This document shows positions 56,133-64,000 of a stretch of DNA of 64,000 bases, in pieces. Under the pieces are notes generated by a model that searched no databases, was not told where the DNA came from, and saw only the letters and a list, made by a program, of their open reading frames with translations. Positions within the stretch are counted from its first letter, which is position 1. Each line of letters starts with the position of its first letter. A program made the position numbers and the translations under genes. Origin of the DNA: a virus (Duplodnaviria; Caudoviricetes); the IMG/VR virus record IMGVR_UViG_3300017766_004544, positions 1 to 64,000 of that record; one strand, written 5' to 3'.

Positions 56133-56830
56133 TAGCCGTAAAAACGTGCACCCTGTGAACGTATCGCGCCTCGGGCATCTGCGCGCATCTTTCTCTCCTC
56201 GAGCCCCTTTTGCCCCAGTGTTTCACGCTCCTGACGACCCTGCTCCTGAAGGCCCAGTCGCTGCTGCTCGCCCTGCGTGACATAGCCCAGGCGCGCCTGA
56301 TTGCCAGTCTCCCGAATACCAGCGCGCTGCTCCTCCCCCTGCTGAGCGAGAGAGTCTCGAGCGATGCTGCCCTCGACGCCCAGCAGCTTCATCGTGTTGG
56401 CGGTTTTCAGGTTCTCCTGGCCGCTCTGGAAGTTGCCAAGCGAGCCGAGGAAGGCATCGTTATAGGCAATCGCCATGCCCGTATTGGCCTGGGTTTTGCC
56501 GATATCGAAGAGAGAACCAACGCCAAGTCCAGCCAGGGTTTCGTTGTTGCCGAACTTGCCCAGTAGATCCCCGATGATGCCCACCCCGGCGTTGACGTAA
56601 CTGCCCCCTGGGGTCGCAGGACTGTATTGATCGCCACCCCCTACCCGGCCTGGTGCGACCGCCGGTGCGCTACTGGTAGTAGGCGCCTGTGCGGGCTTGT
56701 TTTCTTTTGCGTACGCCTTGACTCGCTGATACGCCTCCTGGGATTTGACCTGCTTTGGCTTCAGGTCCAGCGCCTTGGCTGCGGCTTTGTAATCAGCGTT
56801 GCCGCGAACTTTGCTTGCAAACGATGCCAT
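56132..56830 (-). CDS. Putative internal virion/ejection protein
   Basis: G/Q-rich, repeated QGEEQR-type heptads. Confidence 0.6.
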   Translation of the reverse strand: MASFASKVRGNADYKAAAKALDLKPKQVKSQEAYQRVKAYAKENKPAQAPTTSSAPAVAPGRVGGGDQYSPATPGGSYVNAGVGIIGDLLGKFGNNETLAGLGVGSLFDIGKTQANTGMAIAYNDAFLGSLGNFQSGQENLKTANTMKLLGVEGSIARDSLAQQGEEQRAGIRETGNQARLGYVTQGEQQRLGLQEQGRQERETLGQKGLEERKMRADARGAIRSQGARFYG

Positions 56831-56842
56831 GGTTCCTCCTGA

Positions 56843-57436
56843 TCAACCGAACAGAGATGCAGCAGCTAGGCCGAGGCTCCCCAGCAGTGCGCCGATATTG
56901 CTGAGGTTGGGGCGGCGGGCTTCGGCTTGCGCGGCCAGATTCTTGTCCTGAGTCTTCGCCAAGAACTCCAGAACATCTCGCCTGGCGCCCGCGTCTACGT
57001 GGTCTGCCAGATAACGCTCCTGCTCCAGGACAGGGCCCAGCAGTTGAAGCTTGGCCTGGCTCTGCGCACCCAGTAGGTCTTTCTGGTTCTCCGTGCGTGC
57101 AGATTCCCTTTCAATCCCAAGCCGCTCCAGACGCTGCCTGATGTCCAGATCGCTGGTCGTGCCGGGGCCGCCACCGAGCTCCAGGCGCAGCTGGCCTTGC
57201 TGGCGCTGCTGCTTCAGCAGCAGGTTGTTCAGGCCCTCAAGGCGCCGGCGATGATCCTCCGGGGTCTCACCCTGCTTGGGATTCAGCTCGGCACGCAGGC
57301 TTGCATCCAGTCGCGCATTCTCGAGCTTCTTCTGCTTGTCCTCCGCGCTGCCAGGCACCGGCAGGCCGGTGAAAAGCTTGAAAGCGGTGTTGTAAGCGCT
57401 AGTTTGAAACCCGTCTAGCAGATTAGAGGCAGCCAT
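56843..57436 (-). CDS. Putative internal virion protein
   Basis: Coiled-coil with hydrophobic C-terminus. Confidence 0.6.
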   Translation of the reverse strand: MAASNLLDGFQTSAYNTAFKLFTGLPVPGSAEDKQKKLENARLDASLRAELNPKQGETPEDHRRRLEGLNNLLLKQQRQQGQLRLELGGGPGTTSDLDIRQRLERLGIERESARTENQKDLLGAQSQAKLQLLGPVLEQERYLADHVDAGARRDVLEFLAKTQDKNLAAQAEARRPNLSNIGALLGSLGLAAASLFG

Positions 57437-57482
57437 CGCTACTCCCGAGGGAGCCTTACTTGCCCCATCCTAGAGAATCTCC

Positions 57483-57923
57483 TCAGCCCAATCCCTTGAG
57501 TGCCTCGGATACGAAACTATTGCTTCTCAGCAAGTTCGATCCCCTGCGGTTGCGCTCTGCTTGGCTGAAGTCGCCGAGAGCATTCAGGAGCGCGAGCGGA
57601 TCCCCTGCCTGAACGCCAACTGCAGCACTGCTCGGAAGTGACATTGCCAGGAGCTCACCCGCCATTCGCATGGCCCCAGAGCGCCGATTCGCGGCCCTGA
57701 CCAGCGCATTCTCGGCCGCAGTCGCCTCCAGGTTCTGCCGAAGCCGCTCGTTTGCGCCCACTTCACGCAGGGCAGCCGCAGCCAGTTCAGCTTGCGATGC
57801 AGCCTTCTCCCCGGGGATCTTCCCCAGTGCCTGTGTCCCGATGTTGCTTAGGACGTTCCCAAAGCCAGGGATCAGTGCTAATTCTTCGAGGTTGACGGAT
57901 GCCATCTCAGGCCATGCCTCCAA
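57483..57923 (-). CDS. Putative internal virion protein
   Basis: 146-aa helical ORF. Confidence 0.55.
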   Translation of the reverse strand: MEAWPEMASVNLEELALIPGFGNVLSNIGTQALGKIPGEKAASQAELAAAALREVGANERLRQNLEATAAENALVRAANRRSGAMRMAGELLAMSLPSSAAVGVQAGDPLALLNALGDFSQAERNRRGSNLLRSNSFVSEALKGLG

Positions 57924-58653
57924 GGATGGCGTTGGTCATGGCTAGCTGCTGCTGGGCTCCGGACTGCTGCTGGGCAAGCAGGCCCTCCGCCATGGCGCGT
58001 TGCAGCATCTGCTCGGCGGCAATGCCAGAGAGCATCTTCTGGCGAGCTTCCTCGTTGCGGAGTGCCACCTGGGCGGCCTGATCCTGGAGCGGCATCAAGA
58101 TCCGGGCCCGCTCAGCTTCTGCCTCTGCCGCGGCTCGTGCCTGCTTCTGCATGTTGCGGATAGCCCGGTCTTCGGGGGAACCCTCGGCGAGGTCGGCCGC
58201 AAGCGTGGCCAGGCTCTTACCAGCGCCGCCACCCAGTGCATTGCCGATGGCGGCGCCGACAAGCCCACCCAGCGGATTACCTGCGGTGAGAAGGGTGCCC
58301 AGGACTGCCCCGCCTGCTCCGCCACCCAATCCGCCCAAGGCACTACCACTGGCCTGCGCGATATTGCGGCCCGCGGACTCCGTGGGGTCATTCAGCTCGC
58401 TAGCAGCAGACAGGAGCGTGAGGATGGACCCCAGCCCAGCAACCCGTCCCATGCGCAGCCTGCCGTCTTTGGCAAGGCCCATGGCTTCCAGAGGCTTGTC
58501 GGCGGCCATCCGAAAGCGATCGCCAAAGGGAACCTTGTACGGAATCGCCTCAGCCAGGAGAGGCGTCACATCAGCAGAGGGCGCCGGTTGAGGCTCCCTA
58601 CTGCCGGGGACGTTCAGGTAAGCGCGGGTGTAACTATCCATCCCCTGCCACAA
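57907..58653 (-). CDS. Putative ejection protein with glycine zipper
   Basis: GSALGGLGGGAGGAVLGTLL..GGLVGAAIGNALGG. Confidence 0.65.
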   Translation of the reverse strand: MWQGMDSYTRAYLNVPGSREPQPAPSADVTPLLAEAIPYKVPFGDRFRMAADKPLEAMGLAKDGRLRMGRVAGLGSILTLLSAASELNDPTESAGRNIAQASGSALGGLGGGAGGAVLGTLLTAGNPLGGLVGAAIGNALGGGAGKSLATLAADLAEGSPEDRAIRNMQKQARAAAEAEAERARILMPLQDQAAQVALRNEEARQKMLSGIAAEQMLQRAMAEGLLAQQQSGAQQQLAMTNAILGGMA

Positions 58654-58696
58654 GGGTTTCTACTTTGATTCTAAGTAGATCGCAGTGTTCGCTTCC

Positions 58697-58999
58697 CTAG
58701 ATAAACAAGCCGGGATTCCCAGCGGCGGCGCCGCCTACTTTGCCTACGAGGGTCAGGATCTCTCCCAGGGGATTCTTGGCTGCATCAGCCCGGATCTGAG
58801 CGGCCTCAACCTGTGAATCAGCCAGATACTTCTGAGCGCGCAGGTGGGCTTGAGAGGCCAGGCTATTACCCACCAGCTGCGCACTGGTGTCGTACTTCTT
58901 TGCAGCTACGCCACCCAGCGCGTCGGCACCTTCCCGGGATGGCTCGAAGCCGCCCTCCAAGCCATCCATCCCAGAGAAAGATCCGAATGCCATCGTCAA
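58697..58999 (-). CDS. Putative internal virion protein
   Basis: 100-aa ORF. Confidence 0.55.
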   Translation of the reverse strand: MTMAFGSFSGMDGLEGGFEPSREGADALGGVAAKKYDTSAQLVGNSLASQAHLRAQKYLADSQVEAAQIRADAAKNPLGEILTLVGKVGGAAAGNPGLFI

Positions 59000-60330
59000 C
59001 TCACCGCAGGTAGAGAAGGCAGCTCCTCCAACGGCTCTTCAACGGGTGCTTTCCCTTTGAGAGCCCGACGAATCGATTCTAAGGTGTGCCCCGCAATCGC
59101 AGTTCCGCCCATGCCCAGACTGCTGTAGAGAATCGTCTGCAGCGCAACTTCTCGCTCATTCTTCATCTGCAGGTCTTCGTAGCGGTTGTACGCATCTGCG
59201 ATGTCTGCCGGTCCAATATCCGAATCCGGGTTGCCCGCTTCTCGCTTCATTTCGACCCATGTCTCCCGAAGGCCTGCGGCTTCCTGCAGGTCTCCTTTCC
59301 CGGCCAGTCGTGCTCCAGCCTTGCGGGCACCGACGCGGCCGCCAATCACCGCTGCCACTGCAGGCAGGATGCCGGTGGCGAGCGGGATGCTCTTGCCCAG
59401 GAAGGTCACCTCGGGCCCATGGATTCCCTCCGCTGTGGCCTTCAGTGGTAATGCATTACCGAACAGATACGACTTGTACGCTTCGTACTCACCCTTGGTG
59501 ACGTCGGGCCGCTCCTTGACGAATTCCTCGTACGGCAAGAGTGCGCCACTCCGGCCCAGGAAATAGCGCGAGCCCATCTCGGCCAGGGGATCCGCAGTCT
59601 GCGTTGGATCCATTTCACTCGGCACCACTGCCTTGAAGCCGGGCTGCCGGTACGCATTGCCAACGGCCATCGACACGCCGATCAGCGCAGGCAGGGTGGT
59701 CGCCATCCGCACTGTGCGGTTCTTGATCAGGGGAGCCTGGCGCCCGAGGGCCTGGTACTCCTGCGCCGCGTTCTGCGTGCCCTGCAGTATGGCCAGCTGC
59801 GTCAATGCCTGCGGGGCATTCAGGAACCACCAGATGTTGCGCAGGCCATCGGATGCCAGGTCTGCCAGCCCGACCCCTGCGGCTTGAGTGGCGGCGGCCC
59901 TGAAGCTGTCACCGGTCGGCACCTCGCCACCGGGCACAGGGAACTTGCCGACGCGAACCGTGTTGCGCTGGACCTCCGGATCGCCCTCCATTCCGAGTGA
60001 GGGGTTCCCATCTCGGTAAGCATCCAGGCGCTGGATTTCCTCCTCGCTGATACCGCCGAGAGGTACAGAGCCGATGGCCGCTCGCGCTTTCCTGGCATCC
60101 TCCGGCAGCATGCCCACAAGCTTCTGCCCGACCTGTGTAGCGGCGAGATTCTCCGGCAGGCGCTGGCGGGCGTAATTCAGGAGCTGCGAGCCCTGGAGCA
60201 TCTGCTCAACAGGCGTGCCCTCGTACTCATCGCCCAGTCGTCGGCGGATCTGAGCTTGGGCCGTGCCGGGCAGGGCTACAGCAGATCGCTCCAGCCCGTA
60301 CAGCAGTGCATCGCGCGAGAACTCAGCCAT
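58996..60330 (-). CDS. Putative internal virion/ejection protein
   Basis: 444 aa with hydrophobic segments. Confidence 0.65.
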   Translation of the reverse strand: MAEFSRDALLYGLERSAVALPGTAQAQIRRRLGDEYEGTPVEQMLQGSQLLNYARQRLPENLAATQVGQKLVGMLPEDARKARAAIGSVPLGGISEEEIQRLDAYRDGNPSLGMEGDPEVQRNTVRVGKFPVPGGEVPTGDSFRAAATQAAGVGLADLASDGLRNIWWFLNAPQALTQLAILQGTQNAAQEYQALGRQAPLIKNRTVRMATTLPALIGVSMAVGNAYRQPGFKAVVPSEMDPTQTADPLAEMGSRYFLGRSGALLPYEEFVKERPDVTKGEYEAYKSYLFGNALPLKATAEGIHGPEVTFLGKSIPLATGILPAVAAVIGGRVGARKAGARLAGKGDLQEAAGLRETWVEMKREAGNPDSDIGPADIADAYNRYEDLQMKNEREVALQTILYSSLGMGGTAIAGHTLESIRRALKGKAPVEEPLEELPSLPAVS

Positions 60331-60839
60331 CAGGTCAACAACGCTCCCCCACCGGTCAACAGGGAATTAAGCAGCGCTTCTTGCATCAGCCGCTCCTCTT
60401 CCTGGGCCAGCAGCTGCTCCTGCTCCTGCTTGCTTTGCCCTTCCATCGCGCGCTCGTACACGCCTGTGGCAATGGGCCTCGGCGCAAACATCGGCAGGGG
60501 CGCGGCAAGAATGTCGCCAGCGGTCATCGCATGGGACAGCTTCTGGGCGCGCTCGGCTGGATCCTTGAGGTACTTGCTCGCGGGGTACAGGGCCTCGCCT
60601 ACGCCTCGACCAGCCGCACTACCCAGGACTGAGCTGCCGGCACCGATCAGCATGTCTTCTGCAGCCAGAGCAATCCGATCGCTCAGCGGGGTCCCCTCCG
60701 GGGCCATGCCTGCACTGATCAGCGCGAAACCTGCCTCGGGACCCAGTCGCAGGGCCAGCTCGCCTTTGCTTTGCGGAAGGATGTCCTTGAGCAGGTCGCC
60801 GAGCTTCGCCAGACCCATGGCCATGCGCGAGTTAGCCAT
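60330..60839 (-). CDS. Putative internal virion protein
   Basis: Glycine-zipper-like segment. Confidence 0.6.
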   Translation of the reverse strand: MANSRMAMGLAKLGDLLKDILPQSKGELALRLGPEAGFALISAGMAPEGTPLSDRIALAAEDMLIGAGSSVLGSAAGRGVGEALYPASKYLKDPAERAQKLSHAMTAGDILAAPLPMFAPRPIATGVYERAMEGQSKQEQEQLLAQEEERLMQEALLNSLLTGGGALLT

Positions 60840-61117
60840 TACGCCATCCCTCCTTCTTCCGGTGAAGCGGGACCGAAAGGACCGCTAGACCAATAGCCAG
60901 TCCAATCCTTGTAGTACCCCCTCATATTCGGGTCTTTGGTACTGGATCCGAAGTCGCCGACCATCCCAATGTTGTCCTTGAGCTCTTTCCCGGCAAAGCG
61001 AATCGGAGTGCCGGCCTCGTAGCCGAAGGTGACCGGAGCTTCAGACCGGGTCAGCTTATTTTCCACCCCTTGCCCCAAGGCGGTGACGATATCCTTGCCG
61101 TCGTATCTGAACGCCAC
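60839..61117 (-). CDS. Hypothetical protein
   Basis: 92 aa; TAGACT box 25 nt upstream. Confidence 0.6.
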   Translation of the reverse strand: MAFRYDGKDIVTALGQGVENKLTRSEAPVTFGYEAGTPIRFAGKELKDNIGMVGDFGSSTKDPNMRGYYKDWTGYWSSGPFGPASPEEGGMA

Positions 61118-61153
61118 AGAGCAGTCGTACCGATACGGCTCAGTCTAACGACG

Positions 61154-61393
61154 CTATTTAGCGATCACATTCCGGTAGAAGTTTGCTTTCTTCACCATCT
61201 TGTCCGAGTAGTCCTTAGGGCTGCTCAAGACTTTGTCGGCGAACTCCTTGCGGCCCTCGGGACTGTCCGCATGGCCAGCCTTGGTTGCGGCCGCACTGAA
61301 TGTCCCACCTGTGCCGCCCTTGCCGGCAGGCTTACTCATTTTCTGAAAGGCCGTCGCGAGGCTTCGGGCCTTTTCACGTTTCCCTTCGCTCAT
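61154..61393 (-). CDS. Small conserved basic phage protein
   Basis: GTFSAAATKAG..FADKVL..P..Y..KKANFYRN. Confidence 0.75.
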   Translation of the reverse strand: MSEGKREKARSLATAFQKMSKPAGKGGTGGTFSAAATKAGHADSPEGRKEFADKVLSSPKDYSDKMVKKANFYRNVIAK

Positions 61394-63723
61394 CCCCGCC
61401 GGCCGAAGTTTGCAACGAAGCGATCAGCGATCCCACCGGTGTATCCCTGGCGGCGGAGCTGCAGTCGCTCGATGCCAGCCTGGCGCTCCATTGCCTCGGG
61501 GTCCGTCGCTGGGGAAGCCGGTGCATTGAGCATCGAGCTGGTCACTGTGTTGGTTGCGGCGGCTACGGGTGCGGCAGACGCAGCCTCAGCGGTGGCCTGA
61601 GCCTCATAGCGCTGCGACTCGCGCTGAGCAGAGAGGCGTCCAGCCAGGAGAGCCATGGCTTTTTCCTGCGCGGGCGAGCCAACACTGGCTCCGAGACCCT
61701 CGGCCATCATGTTGTAGCCGCGCTGGCCACGAACGTGACGCCCTGTGCCGCTGATCGACTCGAAGTCGTTCTGATATTTGCGGCGAATTTGCTGAGGGCC
61801 GGGCGTCGTCTCGACAGGCGCGCGCTTGCCAGTCAGCTCCAGCAGCGTGGCCATGGGGTCACGGGCGGGAGTCTCCTTCACGGGACCCACCGTGGTGCCG
61901 TAAGCGTTGGTACCACTGCTGCGGCCCGGCGCCGAACTCCGGCGAGCAACGTCGGCCAGGTACAGACCCTGGCTCACATCACCCGTGAGAGCAATGGCGG
62001 CCCGATCCAGCACGTCAACAGGCCCAGCGGGGGCGGATTTGACAGATACACCACCCGGAGCATCCCCAAAGTCGCCATAGCGGCCCTGCGGCAGAGCGCC
62101 TGCTGCATCCGAATCACCGCCCTCGAAGCCAAACAGCTCACCGGCCGCAGCCTCGACGCCCTGACCACTGCTGTTGCCCTGGATTTGGCGAATCAGATCC
62201 AGGATTGAGCCTTCTCCGCGCTGCACGGAGGCCAAATCACTGCCCAATTCACCGATTGAGGCCTCGGAGAAGAGGTCCACTTCGCGCCCACCGCGCAGTT
62301 CTGACACCGCCTGACCCAGCAGGGTGCGCGCGTTGGTACCAGGGGCGAACAGGGGGCGTCCATCGTCCGATTTCAGCGCCAAAAGCGCCTCGCGATCCAC
62401 GGGAATCGCCTGGGTGGTGCCTGGTTTTTGGCCAGGAACCTCCAACTCGCCGGTGATCAGCGCTTTGGCGAGCAACTTGTACGAGGACGCTGCCTCGTCG
62501 GGCTCCTGCATGAAGGATCCGCCAGCCAGTTCACGCAGAAAACCCTCAAATTTCGGGCTTTGGAACGTCTTTTCGGCGTACGTGCGGTCCCACTGGTTAC
62601 CCAGGACCGGCGCAGGGCCGTACTGGCCGTCTGCCGTGACCCCCAGCGTCGGGGCGATCTGCTCGCGAATCGCGGTGCTGTCGCGGTTATAGGGGCCGCC
62701 GACACGGAAATACTGCTCCAGCTCGGTAACTACCTTGCGCAATGGGTCTTTCGGGTCGGGGCGGGTCACCTCCGTGACCTTGCGATCGCCTTCTGCATCG
62801 GTGACGGCGTAAACAGGCACCTCGCCATCCGAGCCCGGTGGGCGCATGTAGCCAACCAAGTTCCGGTCTCGCTCGCCAGCCGGGAGCGAACGCGCGCGAC
62901 CAGCGGAACGGGCAGCCTCCAGGGCGCTAGCCGTGATCACTGGCGTGCGCTCTTCGTTCATGGCCTCTTTAACGAGGTCGCCAATAGTGATGGGTCGTTC
63001 GCGCTGGAATGACGCGGTGTTGTCCGACTCGCCAGTGAACGAGCCGTCACGTCCCTTGCGGCGGTTCAGGACTTCGGAGTCGACAACCTGCGAGGGGTCG
63101 ATTCGTACGGTTGCCGGGCGGAACCCTTGGGCTGTTTCGGTCGTCCAGCTGCCACTACGGCCGCCCGCTCGTGCCACGCGAGCCGGAACTTCGACGTTGT
63201 AGTACGGGTTGATGTCCGCGGAGATCTGCTTGCGCGGCGCGTATTCAGTCGGGTCCTCGGAAGTAAACGTCCCCTTCTCCTCATTAGCGCTCACGGATTC
63301 GTCGACCGTGCGTGCGCTAATCGGTTCCTCGCCCAGGAGGGCATTCGCAGCCGCCTCGAGGTCGGAGATTTCCGCGTCGCGCACTACGCCCCCGCGGTTG
63401 CCGAGAACGCGCTGCAGGAGAGCCTCTGCTTTTGTGGCAGCGCGATCGGCTTCCCGAGCCGGGCCAGGGCGCTCGGTGTCAGCCCAATTGCTCAAGCGCT
63501 TCAGGCGGTCCAAGCTGTCCAGGCGAGATTCGGGCCGGTAACCAGCACGGCGCCCGTCCTCGTCGGTGTACGACGTGCCAGCGATCAGCGTCTCGTAGCC
63601 GCGCGGGGTGACGTAGTAATTATTTGGCTCGTTGGGTGCAGGCAAACCCACGATATTTGCGGGTTGTGGTGTTTCCAACCCAACCAGCTGACGATATAAA
63701 TCAGCGGGGTCCCGAGGTGCCAT
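61390..63723 (-). CDS. Large putative internal virion protein
   Basis: 777-aa low-complexity ORF; TAGACT box 30 nt upstream. Confidence 0.7.
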   Translation of the reverse strand: MAPRDPADLYRQLVGLETPQPANIVGLPAPNEPNNYYVTPRGYETLIAGTSYTDEDGRRAGYRPESRLDSLDRLKRLSNWADTERPGPAREADRAATKAEALLQRVLGNRGGVVRDAEISDLEAAANALLGEEPISARTVDESVSANEEKGTFTSEDPTEYAPRKQISADINPYYNVEVPARVARAGGRSGSWTTETAQGFRPATVRIDPSQVVDSEVLNRRKGRDGSFTGESDNTASFQRERPITIGDLVKEAMNEERTPVITASALEAARSAGRARSLPAGERDRNLVGYMRPPGSDGEVPVYAVTDAEGDRKVTEVTRPDPKDPLRKVVTELEQYFRVGGPYNRDSTAIREQIAPTLGVTADGQYGPAPVLGNQWDRTYAEKTFQSPKFEGFLRELAGGSFMQEPDEAASSYKLLAKALITGELEVPGQKPGTTQAIPVDREALLALKSDDGRPLFAPGTNARTLLGQAVSELRGGREVDLFSEASIGELGSDLASVQRGEGSILDLIRQIQGNSSGQGVEAAAGELFGFEGGDSDAAGALPQGRYGDFGDAPGGVSVKSAPAGPVDVLDRAAIALTGDVSQGLYLADVARRSSAPGRSSGTNAYGTTVGPVKETPARDPMATLLELTGKRAPVETTPGPQQIRRKYQNDFESISGTGRHVRGQRGYNMMAEGLGASVGSPAQEKAMALLAGRLSAQRESQRYEAQATAEAASAAPVAAATNTVTSSMLNAPASPATDPEAMERQAGIERLQLRRQGYTGGIADRFVANFGRRG

Positions 63724-64000
63724 ACCGCAAGCCGGTATTCAGTACGTCAGACAAGTCTATCGAGACTCATGCGTCGCACCCGCGCGGGATGTGTTTTCCG
63801 TGCCGTGTAAAACGCCAAAATTTCACACGAGGAAGCGTCGCGCTAAAGCAAGGCCGCTCCCCTGGAGAGCTCTAATTTTTTGCTGCGCCGCGCGGTGCAC
63901 ATCAAACACCCCCGTCAGGTTGCGTCTGCGCCCAAACAAAAAAAAGAAGTAGACGCGCGCGCCCTTGTAGTAGCAGAAGCGAGCAGCAGCAAGCGAACGC

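Overview
A 64-kb, GC-rich segment of a temperate tailed phage infecting a picocyanobacterium (Cyanobium/Synechococcus-like). The host inference rests on NblA-like, CP12-like and DUF3288 genes and a tRNA-Pro attP core. Layout: early small-gene array with HNH (1-4.8 kb); replication accessories (beta-clamp-like, two SSB types, PD-(D/E)XK exonuclease; 4.8-9.6 kb); minus-strand putative virion genes (9.9-13.7 kb); XRE repressor divergent from an AEP-PriCT-VapE primase-helicase, followed by a candidate origin (14-17.9 kb); nucleotide metabolism (dCMP deaminase, ThyX, DUF5664) with two apparent pseudo-enzymes (18-24.5 kb); virion lysin and NblA/HNH overlap (25-27.2 kb); xis-int-attP plus a second tyrosine recombinase (27.3-30.5 kb); tail fibre/tail genes (30.7-42 kb); head module, endolysin, scaffold, portal, TerL and putative ejection proteins (42-63.7 kb). 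Main discoveries by eye: (1) an 18-residue motif G-x-D-H-E-x9-P-x-x-W shared, with identical spacing, by three unrelated replication proteins; (2) a 1197-nt group I intron splitting the major capsid gene, carrying a LAGLIDADG gene on the antisense strand whose likely -10 box is the reverse complement of the intron S element; (3) two degenerate LAGLIDADG genes divergent from the capsid gene; (4) a CP12-like microprotein missed by the ORF track and two NblA-like genes, one overprinted on an HNH tail; (5) attP with CTTGCCTA arm repeats; (6) a catalytically degenerate MTase next to a degenerate M15 peptidase. All family assignments come from motif recognition only; no database search was run.
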